A stretch of 64,000 nucleotides of DNA from Octopus bimaculoides (GCF_001194135.2 NC_068999.1:48445705-48509704); one strand, 5' to 3'. Positions 1 through 13,684 are shown, counted from the stretch's first letter. The notes: generated from the sequence alone by a model not told the origin. A program made the numbers and translations.

Positions 1-888
1 GCAGGTTTCAGTCTTCATCTTCTCCTGCCACAGCCAGAATCATTATTGATTTTTACCTTTGCAAGCTGTTATTTGTGTGTGTGTGTGTGTGTGTGCGTGC
101 ATGAAATGTGTGAGAGCAGTAAGCAGAGTACAGTTCAGAAAACAATTATCATTTTCTGTTATTTTTCTTTGTTTTTGTTTTGTAATTATTTTTTTCCATC
201 TTTATTTTCACTATTATTAATTTAAATCCATTTGAAGTGTCACTCTTTAAATGTAATTATCAATATTTAATAAAATATTAGGCATTTGAGTGGTGTGTGT
301 GCGTGTGTACCAAGAAGCTTCTAGGGAGATCTATATCTCTCTCTCTCTCCCTCAGTCAGTTTCTAAATTAGGAAGTAGTTATATTTAATTATTTATTACC
401 TTTAAATCTGTATTGCTTAAGCAGCATTTTCGGTAACATTATTCATGTTAAATTGTAGACCATTTGGCATTATTTACCATTATCGTGTCTTTGAAAAAGA
501 ACAAAAAAGAAAAATGAAATCGTTCACTTCTTCTGCTAGTTGCAAAGCAAAATCTCATGATTAAATGTGTAAATACTTCCTCATCTAATTTAAAATTTTA
601 AATACTTTTGTTGAAACTTGTCACATTAGCTACTTTTAGTTTTAAATTGTATATTCTGATATGTGTGTGTGTTTGTGTGTGGATAATCAAAATGGTTAAG
701 GATTATAAATATTAGATAACTAGTCCTTTACTGGATAGGACACTTAATTCTACTTGCTTTAGGTTATCTAGCTGCAAAATACCAGATCTTTTGGGATAAA
801 ATGGTAGACTAGGGAATTATATTGAAAGATACAGATACAAATAACAGATTTAAGTATCAGCCATAAACTTCTTTATCTTCTTCTTTAG

Positions 889-964
889 AGGGAGCCTGTC
901 ACACAAATGCCTGCATTTGATAAATCTAGTAAAGATTATCGATTCAATGTCTTTACAAATAAAG
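889..964 (+). CDS. ZC3H13: Probable ZC3H13 exon (REPVTQMPAFDKSSKDYRFNVFTNK)
   Basis: Pyrimidine tract plus AG at 887-888, open frame, GT at 965. Its phase-1 end fits the next exon. No homology recognised. Confidence 0.55.
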
Positions 965-3900
965 GTTGTCCTGTCTGTAGCTTAAGCTCATGTCGTTTCC
1001 TCTCGAAGGCTAAACTCTCTCCTCATATATCTTCCTTGACTTACTCTTATACTATGTTATCCCTGTTACCATGTTGCTATATTTTTGTCATATAACATAT
1101 CACTCGTTAGCATTACATGTTCATATCAGTGAAGTCATCTCATCTCTCTCATTGAGAGAGGCTGTTGTTATCCCTTAACACCCAATCTTTTTCTTTACTC
1201 ACTCATGACCTCTTACCTTACAATGTCTCATACTGAACTCTTTTTCTCCAAATAATATTTTGTCCTAACAATTCTATGATTAACAACCGTTCAGTATCTG
1301 ACACATTTCATATAATTGACAATGATTTTGTTCTTTAGCTGAAGGCTCTGAGCAAAAATACCCATGATCAAAGGGGATCATCTTTTCTCTTTTCAAGCAC
1401 AGTGATTTTAGAGCTTTTTAAAAACAGTTGGGTGTGGTTTGAGAGAGATTCAGTTCCTATTTCTAGGAGGTTTAGCAACCATGTAGAGGCTCATTCATTA
1501 GCTTATGTATCATTTAGTTGAGCTTGGGTGGAGAGAAAATTCATATGTTCCCAGTTGAGCCTATAGTCCTCTAAATTTCACTCCTTTATTTATCTTAAAC
1601 ATTAGATTCTGTTATTGCTATTAGGTAACCTAAGAAATAGAATGTATCTGTTATGTGTCGTGAATCAAAAGAATGGTAGATTTTGTTTAGTCTGTGGAAT
1701 CCTCTACTTCGTCATGTTCCTGTTCATTCTACATTCCCTATCAAACGCAATAAGGCTTTATGATTCTAACTTCTTATTGCTACAAATCAATTACTTGGGT
1801 GGACCTACCAGGAGCTTGCACTTTGCTGGCGTAGCTCTTGGGGCCATTGAGGCACACAAGCTATCACACTACAACAATGACTGGACCTAGTGTTGGAAAC
1901 AACTACTTCCATTGCTACAATTTCCTTTTGTGCTTTGAGCTCCTCATCACTTATTCTATAACTTTCCTAATTATGGTAATTTTTTTTTATTAGGTCAGTT
2001 GGTGATTGGTCCCCCACTTATATATTTCCTATTGAGTAATTGCTTGTGTTAGCAATTTTTACCCTCCCACCTCTTGCACCTTCAACCCTCCCCCCACTCC
2101 TTATCATTTCTGAGACGACATCCTAGACTGGTTTTAATATACCACATTATCTTTAACTACAACATTGACATTTAAAACATTTTGTGCTCTTCATCTCTTT
2201 GATATAAGGAATCACTCACGTAATCTCTTTGTTATTATTGTAAAGCTGTCTAATTTTCAATTTATGCTCCCCTGCTAAAACCTTTCTATAATGTAGGATC
2301 CACTATGAAGGTTGCTTTATCTGCTAGAAAAAGAAAAACAAAACAGGTAAACCTCCCTCAGTTGGAAAAGAAAAAGACATATTGGATAATGTCATTCTAA
2401 GTTATCTTTAAAAAAAAGTAAAAGGGACTGTTCATGCTGAAATGCTACTGATGATCTGTTTTTCTCATTCAAGGCTGACCTTGGGCTAAGCAACAACATA
2501 AAAGATTATATTACATTATATAATTAATTTTCTGCTACAGCTACAGATTTCTGGTCTTGCTTGCAGTAAATTATCTCATGGAAATTTACTATCTTTTTTT
2601 TTTTTATATTTACAAGAATAGATTCTCGTGTTGTAGGGTTGATTCGTTAACTTCTCATAGAATTGTAGGAATACCATCATGGTGTAGAGCATGTCTTGTG
2701 GTCTATCCTTTTCTAGGTTCAAATACACCTAATATGTTACAGAGGGAAAGAGAGAAGAATTGACCCTACTTGTACTTTATTTATTAACTCCCAAGAAGTT
2801 GAAAAGCAAGGTTGACCTCTGTAGGATTTGAACTCAGAGTGCAGAGAACTGGAGTCTACACTACTCAATGTTCTAAACTCTTCCAACATGCCACTTATAA
2901 TAGATTCTCATTATAAAATTGAAGTTTTGATTTTAATTTTCATTTTATCCAGTATTTATATTTTTGAAAATTACATTTAGAAAATATTTCTTGTCAGTTT
3001 CTGCCTGTAAGGTTATGGTTCTTGTCTACAGACACTGTTCATCAGGTCAGCTCTAGATGGAGCCACTTTATTGTGCTTCTTGACATTACAAAAATTAGTA
3101 GCTTTTGCTTTTCATGTTTGATTGAGGTAAAGTGTGTCATCCAATTGTTTTATGTATAAAGAGAATAAATATATATTTTGAAGCTTCAGTATTGAAAGTA
3201 ATTTTTACCCTCATCATTATTTAACATCTATGTTCCATGCTGGCATGGATTGGACAGTTTGGCAAGATTTGATGAGTCTAAAAAACCACACTGCTTTGGC
3301 TTGGTTTCTATGCCCTTCCCAACAGTAACCACTTTACAGACTGTACTGGGTGCTTTTTTCATGCCACTGACACTAATCAGGCTGCTATGCTGCTTGTAAG
3401 ACTATGAACTTAGGGGAGGGGTTGATTTTATGCTAGGAGAGCTGCATGGCTACTCACATTTAGAAGCAAGGGTGAGAATGATCAGTAGGTGCTTCAAAGA
3501 GTATATAGTGGTGATGAGGTGTCCTAGTGGCCCCAAATTTTAATATTTTTTTAAAAAACATATATCACTATACTTCAACTATATGTACATAGATATTCAA
3601 GTTGTGTAAAGACACTTTACTCCCGATAGCATTGAACATTGGACGTAAATTCCAGATACAAGGATTCATGTTTAAAAAAGTGGAAGATTTATAGTACCTT
3701 CTGAAAAACAAAAAGAAAGAAAAAAGACAAAATAATCACTAAGAATACAAATAAATTAGACAGTCTAATTCTCACCTATACATAACTAACTCATCCATAT
3801 TGGTTAGTTGGTCCCTAGTTCAGCACTGATTGGAATGAAATGTTTAAAAGTCATCTAGTCATGTCCATCTTGCATTTTTTTGTTTCTTTTCTTTTTTCTT

Positions 3901-5824
3901 TTTTATTGTTTTCAGCCATATTGTATCTGGGACAATCTCATCTAATGTGTCTTACCCCTACCTTTTTTTTTTTTTACCCATTTTATTATATTTCTGTTCC
4001 AATACACTGATATTGTTTGATTTAATTTTGAAAGTAATTACATTTGTTATTGAGCTGCTGTTTGAAACATAAACTAACATAATTTTGATGGAAGGTTTTA
4101 ATTTAGATCACTTTAAGACAGGAAGTTTGTACCATAGAACTAGAGGCAGTTTCAGGTGGGTTTGATATAAAAAAAAATTGTGATTTAAGGGAAATTTGGC
4201 TGCTATTTCTAGCAGATCAAGCTACTGTGTAGAGGCTCATTCAATGTGTTCACTGAATCTACTTCATGTTACAACTAAATTTCCTTTGCAAACTTCTTAG
4301 CATCTTCAAAAAAAAAAAAAGTCTTCGTGTATTCAGTCTTTTATTTTATGGCATAGTTTATGATTGGATTGTAAAACCGAAAAGCTGTTTCTTTGTAGCT
4401 TTGATCAAGCCGTAATGTCTGGTGCTACAAACAACAGCATTCGAAGTTTAATGTTTCAGATGAGAATGCTAATCAGCTTACATTGACTCTTTTCATATTT
4501 AGCAATGAAGAGTTATTTTTCTCCCTCTATCTTGTTTAAAAAATCATCCAACCTTTTTAGAGCTGTGTTTCGTTATTTCTATGAGGTACTGATGTTTCAT
4601 ACCTGAAGAAACCAGTTAGTAGATTCCCAATATCAAATGTAGTTTCTGAAAATCCTAGAAAAGTCCAACTTTTTTTGATGTAATGTTGGATACCATGACA
4701 GTCACAGAAAACTATACGTTGCTTATATTTATTCATATGTCCATGTTTTTACAGACAAACCTATTATTTTCCTTTTGACTTTTTATAATTAGCAGAATGC
4801 ATCAGTGGAGAGAGTTGGGGTTGGCGTATGTCTTTCCCCAAAATATTACTGATGCAAGTGAAGTAAAATCAGTACAACCAATATTAAAGCCATTCCATGG
4901 ACTCACCTTTGCAATAGCTCGCCTTTATACTTGCAAAAATGCACCCAAAATAATAAAATGGTCTAAAATAACTTAAAAGAACACAGGCAGAGACCTGGTT
5001 AGGTGTGATTTGTCAGAAAACTCTGGCTGTGTCGTGTCATGAAGAAATTGTGGTTATTCCATTTTTCTTTATGTATATCTATGATGATATTATCTTTTTC
5101 TTTTCTTTTCCAACCCAGTAGGAAGTATTGCAAGGATGTGGTTTCTATTTCTCGCAGGTCGAGGCACTACATAGAGGTTCCTTTGTTGGCATGAAATGGG
5201 AAATCTTCATGCTTAAAATTTAACTGTTGACATAGTGAAATTATTTTAGGGTATTTTCTTTCTCAATTCCACAAGTTGCTACGTCAAAACATAATATCTT
5301 ACTATTTCAGTAACCTCTTTGCTCGGCTAAATAAAATTTGTGGTATTTTTTCTTTTCTTTTTTTTATGCATAATCTTGAATTGAAAATTAATATATTATA
5401 ATCCATTTCTTTGAATCTGTTTTTATAACTCATTGAATTTTATCAAATAAACATTCCTGTACAAAATGAAATAAATAACTAATTTAAATATATTGAAAGG
5501 GGCAAATATATTGTGTTTGTGAATGTGTATATATATACACTCACATACACTATCTTTGAGTGAGTTTCAAATTGCAATTATCTCCCTTCTATTCGTCCGG
5601 CTGTTAATTAACTCCCTTTAGTTCTAAACTAAATTTTTTTTTTTTAATATACGTCTTTTTTTTAAAGAATTTAATTCTTTGAATTCATCCTCTTTGAAGT
5701 TAAACGATTTTGAAGGGGGATTTTTTTTTTGTCAGTGCGTGTGTAATTCTTCACATTGTTTTCTCTTTTTTTCTTTTAATATTTCAGACGAACATTATAT
5801 AATTTTTTTTTAACATTATTTCAG

Positions 5825-5997
5825 ATGATAGCTTGAAGAATCTTGACTTTAAGGAAGAACTGACCCTGGTGAGGAAGCGACAGGAGCTTCAGCGTGCTTT
5901 AAGCAACCTCCCAGCTCCTCCTGAAGAACAACGAGAAAACTTGACGATTGAAAAGAAGATTCACAGGCATATGCTTTCTGGGGAACATTCAGTTCGG
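5825..5997 (+). CDS. ZC3H13: ZC3H13 exon, coiled-coil (DDSLKNLDFKEELTLVRKRQELQRAL...)
   Basis: tttcag acceptor, gtacga donor; motif similar to the human ZC3H13 N-terminal coiled coil. Confidence 0.88.
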
Positions 5998-6836
5998 GTA
6001 CGAAGTTATTCTCTGCCATTTCTCTTTGTTTTCTCAACAATGTCTTAACAAAAAACAATTTTCAATTATTAATAATCTCACTAGGTGATTATCAATGTCA
6101 CCATCATCCTTTAAATTTTATTACAATGAATTTGCTGTAGATTAATTGTCATCACCAGCTTTATATAAATAGTATTATACATTATGAATCAGAAATAAGA
6201 ACAGGATCTTGAATTCTATTTTCTTCTAGCAGAACACGTCACTATACTAATTCATTGAGTCCATGATAAGGGATAACCTCAATTGAAAGTGTTTTTCAAT
6301 CAAGGTTATTTTTAATGTGCATGAAACAGGGAATTCCTTGTCTAAAAAAAACTTTTGGTGTAAGAACAGCCAGTTTGTCATTCAGTGATACTCTTCACCA
6401 TTACATACATGGTTAATTTTTTTTTAATATTTCTTTTTAATTAGGAGGGTTACATGTCTTGACTAGAATTGATTACTAATTGTTTGGTTTAGAAGAATTA
6501 TTGACCTTTTCATTGCTAATCCTATAAGTTCTGGGCATGTTCTCCTGGGTTTCAAGATTTAATATCAGAATTTAAAGTTTGGATTACTTTGCTGAGAAAA
6601 ATTTAGCTTCTTTATCAGAATAGTTTACTGTGACATTAAACACAACAACCGCTCACTGAAGTAACTTGAAGTAAAATACTAGCCTAAAATAGTTTGAGTT
6701 GGAGATAAAACAAAAAAGAAAATCTCATCAATAAGCTCCAATATTAATTGCTTTTCTAGTGCTGCACATTCCAAACAATAAATCCGAAGAAACTAGTCAT
6801 CTCAAACCAGCATAGTTTACTTTAGAATTAGCTGCC

Positions 6837-6936
6837 AACAGCAATTGCTACACATCTCTATTCTTTGTCATCTCCTTCAAAACGCTGACCCTTACAAAGG
6901 AGATGACAAAGGATCAAGATATGCGATGCATTGCTG
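6837..6936. ncRNA. Candidate pre-miRNA-like hairpin in a ZC3H13 intron
   Basis: Perfect 15-bp stem 6863-6877/6897-6911, 19-nt loop, and imperfect extension to arms of about 40 nt. It matches no miRNA I recognise. Confidence 0.3.
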
Positions 6937-7231
6937 TACTTACGAAGACCTGCCTACCACAACAGAATTGATATTCTAAAACTAAGGTGACACATTAAAA
7001 GCATTGGTGTGGGTGCTGGTGTGATGTAAAAACACCCAGTATACTCAGTGGAGTAGTTGGCATTAGGAAGGGCATCCAGCCCTAGAAACCAGGCCAGAAT
7101 AGACTATGGAACCTGGTGCGGTCCCTGGCCCTGCCAGTTCTTGTCAAGCCATCCAGCTCATGCAAACATGGAAAACGAATATTAAATGTTGATGATAATC
7201 TTTGGACATACGAAAATAGGCCAGACAACCA

Positions 7232-8073
7232 GATGTGGATTCCTGTTATCGTATATAATATTAATTTATTAACTATGATATTATCATATATGATCGCATA
7301 TAAAGATGCTCAGGCATATTTAATGCATCCCAATTTCAGCAGATCAGATTCAGGGAAAAAAAGCACCCAGAACACTCTGTGGAGTGGTTGGCATTAGAAA
7401 GGGCATCCAGTCCTAGAAACCATGCCAAAACAGAGTATGGAACTTGGTGCAGTCCCTGGCCTTGCCAGTTCCTGTCAGGCTGTCCAACCCATGCCAGCAT
7501 GGAAAATAGACATTAAATGTTGATGATGATGATGATGATGATGACGACGAAGTGGTTGCTAAGAACTTCTGCATTTTTCATATTTTCATATGCATCAGTG
7601 TTCACTCGTTCACTGTTTAAAGGAGAATTAATTGAATTAAATGTGATTGCTGAACTTTTATTAATTGTTTGTGCAGGTGACAAGCAGTGAATCAGGGTCA
7701 TTGCGCAGCTCTCCAGAACCTTCCAAGCAACACAGCAAGAAAAACATGAAACCATGTTTAAATCCATCCAGGTAACTTTGCTTTAAACCATATTAATTAA
7801 TGGTTTTTTTAAAATTTCTTTTAACATTTGTCATTCAACTATTCATGCGTATCTGTCTGACAATTCATATATTGATTCCTCTGTAAATTGGGGCGTTCTT
7901 ATGAAGGCACAATAATCAGTTATATTGAATTCTATACCTACTGTGATGTGGATTCCTGTTATCGGATATAATATTAATTTATTAACTATGATATTATCAT
8001 ATTTGATGGCATAAAAAGATGCTCAGGCATATTTAATGCATCCCAATTTCAGCAGATCAGATTCAGGGAAAAA
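7232..8073. repeat. 129-bp direct duplication (7232-7360 and 7945-8073)
   Basis: gatgtggattcctgttatc...cagatcagattcagggaaaaa occurs twice with few mismatches. Confidence 0.92.
7677..7771 (+). CDS. ZC3H13: ZC3H13 exon (VTSSESGSLRSSPEPSKQHSKK...)
   Basis: gtgcag acceptor, gtaact donor, phase 0 to 2, Ser/Lys-rich. Confidence 0.8.
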
Positions 8074-8307
8074 CTTATGGGTGGCCCAACTTCACAATAT
8101 TGGACTCGGGGGTGAGTTTTTGGTGAGTAAAAAATGAGTCTTACTTGCCATCAAACATAGTATTTGCATTTGAAACTGACTTTTCATAAATATTTCAAGA
8201 GATTTTTGCTGGATGGGATAAGTTTTGTTAAAATAATTGCCGTTTTAGGTTTTGTTTCTCATCATTGTCTTCAAACAATATATTATTTGTGCCCATTTAA
8301 TTTCCAG

Positions 8308-8409
8308 CAAAAAGAAAGAGAAGAAAAAACATAAAACTTCTAAATCACCACTTAACAAGATCAAAAGTTCACAAAGTTCAATAGAACAATTATCAAAAGA
8401 AAAGAAAAT
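8308..8409 (+). CDS. ZC3H13: ZC3H13 exon, Lys-rich (KKKEKKKHKTSKSP...)
   Basis: ttccag acceptor, gtaagt donor, phase 2 to 2. Confidence 0.85.
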
Positions 8410-8838
8410 GTAAGTTAAATAATTTTAATGAGTAAAAATGGCTGAGATTGCTGTATTGTTTCTCATTTCATAGCTTACTGTTTTGAATTCCAATGAGCAT
8501 TACAAATCTAAATTGATTCTTTCTTTAAAATTAACAGAACTGGTTCCTCAGCAATGGATAATTGTATATTTTCCCCATAATGATATTGATTCCTTACCTC
8601 AACACACATTTATAATTTCCAAAATGATACATAAGAAGTATTTCACATTATAGATTTTAGTTATATTTGTTAAAAGTCTTAGTTTTTTTTAAATATTGTT
8701 TTAAACAGAATTGAGTCAAATAAACAGTTTTGCTTAAATTTTTGTATTTTAATTTTGTTTAAAGAATATTTCTTCTTTAAAGTATATGTGTAAAATTTTC
8801 CTGATAATTGACCATTTTGTTTTACCCTCTTTCCGTAG

Positions 8839-10322
8839 ACAACTTGGTGAAGAACGAGAACGAGACAGAGATCGAGATCGAGATGTACATCACAAAATAC
8901 GAATGAAAAAGAAGAAACATAAAGAATCACTATCAGAAACAGAAACTAAATCTCCTGAACTTGAATCTTTAAGGGGACATAAAGTTCCAACTCCCTTATT
9001 TGATAGTGTCAGTAGCAAGAGTAAAAGAGTTCTCTCTCCAAAACATGATTGGCAGAAGGAATTGAAACCACTTAGACCACTTGATGATGGTGATGGCTAT
9101 TCTGTTTCTTCAAAGAAATCCCGCCATTCGCGGTCTCCAAGTATTGGTGAGAAATCTCGACATAAGAAATCATTGTCACCAGCCTTGGAGAAGCGATCAA
9201 AGCGCTCACCTCTGGCTGGTGTGTCACAAGAAAGGGACTCTATTATCGAGAAACTTAGCATGAGAAAGAGAAGTCGAACACGTGGTATCACTCCTGATAA
9301 GTTACCATCTTTGCCATTAAGCAAAGACAGGTCATTGTCTTCAGATGATGACAGATCAGCTCATTCCTCTTTACATGAAGGAGAAAAACGAAAAAGCAAA
9401 AAGGGTCGTTTACCAGAAAGGGTGCATGTTAGCCGAGGAAAACTTAGTAAAAGTGACAGAGCCATGTACCCAGAAAGTTCTGGTTCAAGGCAGAGTGAAT
9501 GGAGAAATGAATCTCCACCGAGAGAACGTCGTGATCGGAGAAACAGAGATTTCACACCAGAGAGGGCCATAAAGACTGTAAGTAGTAGCAGTAGTAGGGA
9601 TCATGATAAACTCGAAAGGGACCCAAAATTGTCCAAAAAGAAAGAGAGTAGCAGTAGTAGTAGTAGTGGTAATACTAAAAGTCTTGATTCTACTGAGGGT
9701 CGTACAGACCGCAAAAGACAATTCAAAGAGGAAAAGCTTATACCTGTGTGTAATCCTGAAGTACAGGATCAACAGAACTTTGTTAAATCTCGACGCCTTC
9801 TTCCCGAGCATACAGAATCAACAATTAACCCTTCACGGCGAGGTTTGTCCCCCAAAGAATCTTATGGCTCATGCCATTCACGATCACCTTCCCGCCAAAG
9901 ACGGGAGACTCGAGAACAATCTCCATTTGATGTTATGCAGATTAGGCGTAAAGACCTAAATGACGACTACAGACATGAGGAGCACACAACTCCTGATTCA
10001 CCTGGTCGTAGTCGACTTCTTCCCAACAATAATTATTTCCCTGAGAACTGTGACTATTCCCCTGGTCGACAGATGATGGAACGTGGTGAACGCTTCATGG
10101 ACTATCGGTCTGACACTAGAGTTGACAACAGATATCCCCAACCAGCAGACAGATATGCATTTGATGAACGACGGCGTTACAATGAAGAACCTGTTGGAAC
10201 CGTATATGATGATCGATCTCATTATGATAGCTCAAGAGGTCGATCAAGTCGAGACCTTTATGAGCGAGAAAGATATGAACGTGTTCCACAACCTGGTCGG
10301 CCAGATCCTCGATATGAAGAAG
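8839..10322 (+). CDS. ZC3H13: ZC3H13 large RS/RD/RE-rich exon
   Basis: Lies within ORF 8786-10366; ccgtag acceptor, gtgatt donor, phase 2 to 1. Confidence 0.9.
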
Positions 10323-10720
10323 GTGATTTTTTTTGTTGTTCTTTTGTTTTTAATGATTTCTTTTAAAAAGTCTAATTTATTCTCATTTCAGCAGATAAAA
10401 TGCTTTCTCCATGAAGTAGAGGGAAATATTTGATATTTTGCTTGCCATATTATTCTAAGTTACTGTTGTTTAGCCATGAGTCAGCCATGATTGGAGAAGC
10501 AGTGTTCAAGCTGTGGCTATCCTTTTTTTTTTCCTTTTGGTATATCCAGGAATAAATTGTCCAACATGCCCTTTAAGACATTGAGTTATGATATGAGATA
10601 AATTTGGTTGCTATTTCTTTGAGATATAGCCACCACATGGTTGTTTGTTCATGTGCACATGTACATACATACATGCATGCATGATGTGTTTCTAACTTTT
10701 AATTTGTTTTTTCTTTCCAG

Positions 10721-10855
10721 CTAAAGATCCCCTTGGATATGACCGTGGTCTACCTCCAGAATTCCGTGACCCTACATCAGAGTTGTGGGAGATCCGTGGC
10801 CGCGGAAGAGGAAGGGTTAATCCACGAAGTCGTGGACGACAAGCAGAAGCTGGTG
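10721..10855 (+). CDS. ZC3H13: ZC3H13 exon with RG repeats (EIRGRGRGRVNPRSRGR)
   Basis: ttccag acceptor, gtaagt donor, phase 1 to 1. The frame differs from the listed ORF 10733. Confidence 0.85.
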
Positions 10856-12034
10856 GTAAGTTTTCTTCTGTTTATGTGTGCGAGTGAACCCTTTCTGATA
10901 GCTTTCATTCTTTCACAATGGAGTGCTGCTACTGTGCACTCAGACATCTTTGACTGTATCCAGAGAAGAGCCACTCAACTAATTGATATCCAATATACCT
11001 TTTTGTTTTTTAAAGATTGTAAAGTGTGGTTTGAGAACAATATGACTTTTAGCAGAACAAACTACCAAGTCAAGGCTGTTTCATTGCCTAATAATTATAG
11101 CAAACAGTTATTTTTAGATGTGAATTTAGAAGAATTAAAAAGTTTAAGTGTCTTACTGAAGCATGTTTTAAGATTAGCATAAGCTGAAGATGATCTAAGA
11201 AAGTGAAGATTGACTGTCAATGGCTTGTATCAAACTCTTGTAGAAGTTTCTCTTGTCAAAGCTGAGAGTGTGAAATTACAAATGTAAAATTAATATAGCT
11301 GCAATTTTTAGCCCTTTTATTTCTATATTTCCATTGAGATACTCTGTCTTTGTTTTAATTCATTTTGAAAAAAATTAACATGAAATTTTAATAGAATTTA
11401 TCTTGGATCACTTTAAAACAGGAAGTTTGTATCATAGAACCAGGTTTAGTCTCAAGTTGGTTGATATCATAAGGGTTGATATTTATATAACTTTCTCTAT
11501 AACAAAGTTGCATAATTTCAACTTCAGTAGTCTTTCATGAAAAAGCATATATATAATCCATTATATTACATAAAAAGCACCCAATACACTCTGTAAAGTA
11601 GTTGGTGTTAGGAAGGGCATCCAGCTGTAGAAACCAAACCAAAACATTATGGAACCAGGTGTGGCCCCTACCTTGCCAGTTCCTGTCAAACTATCCAGCC
11701 CTTGCCAATATGGAAAACAGGCATTAAATGATGACAACATTGTGTTTCGCAATGAATGAGTCAGTTGATTCTTGGTGGCCAGGTTCATAGCATTGAATTT
11801 GGTATTTTGTTAGAGTGCAGAGTTAATATCAGTTCTTCTTGCAGGCTACCTGAAATAACATATGCCTCCTATCTACTGAGAGGAATATTTTGTTCTTAAG
11901 TTCACCTTATTCTCTTATTTTTAGACTAATTACAGAAATTACCTTGTCTAAAGTTTTTTTGTTACTGTTTAACACTATTTTTACTATAAATTTTTTCTTC
12001 TTTAATATAACAAAAATCATGTCTTTCTTCAAAG

Positions 12035-12094
12035 GACATCGTGGGCGTGGGTATGTTCCACCACCTGAAGATAGACTTCCAGGTCTTGGTAGAG
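12035..12094 (+). CDS. ZC3H13: ZC3H13 60-nt exon (GHRGRGYVPPPEDRLPGLGR)
   Basis: ttcaaag acceptor, gttagt donor, phase 1 to 1. Confidence 0.8.
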
Positions 12095-12379
12095 GTTAGT
12101 CCTGTACTTATTTCTTTTCCATGTTTGAATGTCTTTCTGACTTTCTCTTATGTCTTGGCACACAACCATCTACCACTTAATATTAGCTGCCACTGTTTAT
12201 TTTAATTTCATAAGTTCAGAGGGAGTAAATGGTAGGATGTTGGTGTATTACTAATAATCCTTTCTACTATTGGGGGAGGGGGATAGTCGATTATATCGAC
12301 CCCAGTGCTTGACTGGTACTTTTTCCATCAATCCTGAAAGGATGAAAGGCAAAGTCAACCTTGGTGGAATTTGAAATAC

Positions 12380-12550
12380 CACTAAGACTACACTCTCTGA
12401 GTGGTTGGCGTTAGGAAGGGCATCCAGCTGTAGAAACTGCCAAATCAGATTGGAGCCTGGTGTAGCCATCTGGTTTCACCAGTCCTCAGTCAAATCGTCC
12501 ACCCCATGCTAGCATGGAAAGCGGACGTTAAATGATGACGACGACGACTA
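12380..12550 (-). mobile_element. RTE-LINE-like 3' tail ending in (GAT/GAC)n, representative of a large family
   Basis: ggttggcgttaggaagggcatccagctgtagaaac...catgctagcatggaaagcggacgttaaatgatgacgac. Relatives lie at about 3212-3400(+), 7030-7190, 7362-7550, 11570-11740, 20995-21130, 22470-22780, 33720-33900(+), 35597-35800(+), 36960-37350, 37840-38010, 42290-42520 and 43290-43565. The RTE assignment is inferred. Confidence 0.78.
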
Positions 12551-13428
12551 AGCCTTTTGCCTGGTATGCTAACGATTCTGCCAGTTTGTTGCCTTTGGTA
12601 TATTACTAATAATAATAATGTTGATGACAATGACGGCGATTCTTTCTGCTATAGGCACAAGGCCTGTAATTTTAAGGGAGGGGGCTTGTAGATTACATCC
12701 ACTCAAGTGCTCAACTGGTACTTATTTCATTGACCATGAAAGGATGACAAGCAAAGTCAACCTCAGTGGAATTTCAACTCAGAATGTAAAGTCAAGAAAT
12801 GCTACTAAGTATTCTTCTCCCACTTGCTAATGATTCCAACAACTCGTTGCTTTAATGGTTTCAAATTTTTGGTCCTTTCATGTGTCACTGGCACCAGGGC
12901 CTTTTACACATCACTGGTGTGTCATCATTTATGTGTCACCAGCACAGGTGCCTTTTATGTCAATGAAGGAATATTACCTTCATAGGGGTTTTTTTCTATC
13001 AATTCCATCAACTCCAGTGATTTTGTGTGGTACTCACTGTATGGATCTTTATTTATTAAATGGCTATGTTTACCTTGAGTCAGGTCCCTTATATTATAGA
13101 GTTACATCCTGATAGGGGCATAGATATCACACTTAATTTATGTATATGCAAACACAGGTACACATGCAGATACAAACACAAAATGTTTTTCTTCTATCAA
13201 ATCTCATTCACAAGGTATTGGATAACCTGAAGCTACAGTGAGAACAAATTTGGAACTGTGTGGCCACACAACCATGCCTCTATTCTATTGATTTTCATTT
13301 CCAACTCCTCAAATGTTGTAACCTTCTGCTGTAGTGTTCTGTACTATTTGTATATTTCCATGTTTGACTACTTTTGGTTTCTCTCTGAGCCACAGTAAAT
13401 GTTTTGCGTTTTTTTATATGCCTTTTAG

Positions 13429-13684
13429 ATAAATTTTCTATTCCAGCAGAGCGTCCTAGCAGGAGATCAGAATGGGAGCGTCACCGGGATGATTATTTTG
13501 GTCCCGAGCCACCAGAATGGTCTGATCACAGAAACGAGAGGAGTCTTCCAGGTCATGATGATCCTCGACAGGAACTACATGACATTCCAGATATGCGGCG
13601 TACGAGACGACCGGACGGTCGGGACGACTGGAGAAACGGACGGAGAGATACAGAAGAGTTGTATGATCGGCGTCCGGAACTGGG
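13429..13684 (+). CDS. ZC3H13: ZC3H13 exon running into the assembly gap (DKFSIPAERPSRRSEWERHRDDY...)
   Basis: Phase-1 acceptor at 13427-28, with in-frame alternatives giving starts 13447 and 13450. RD-rich frame; the 3' end is hidden by N from 13685. Confidence 0.85.

Noticed and set aside
4798-4856. Two-stem hairpin with an internal loop (gcatcagt/actgatgc, ttgggg/ccccaa) as an H/ACA snoRNA half
   Set aside because: No H or ACA box at the expected 14-15 nt spacing and no second hairpin.
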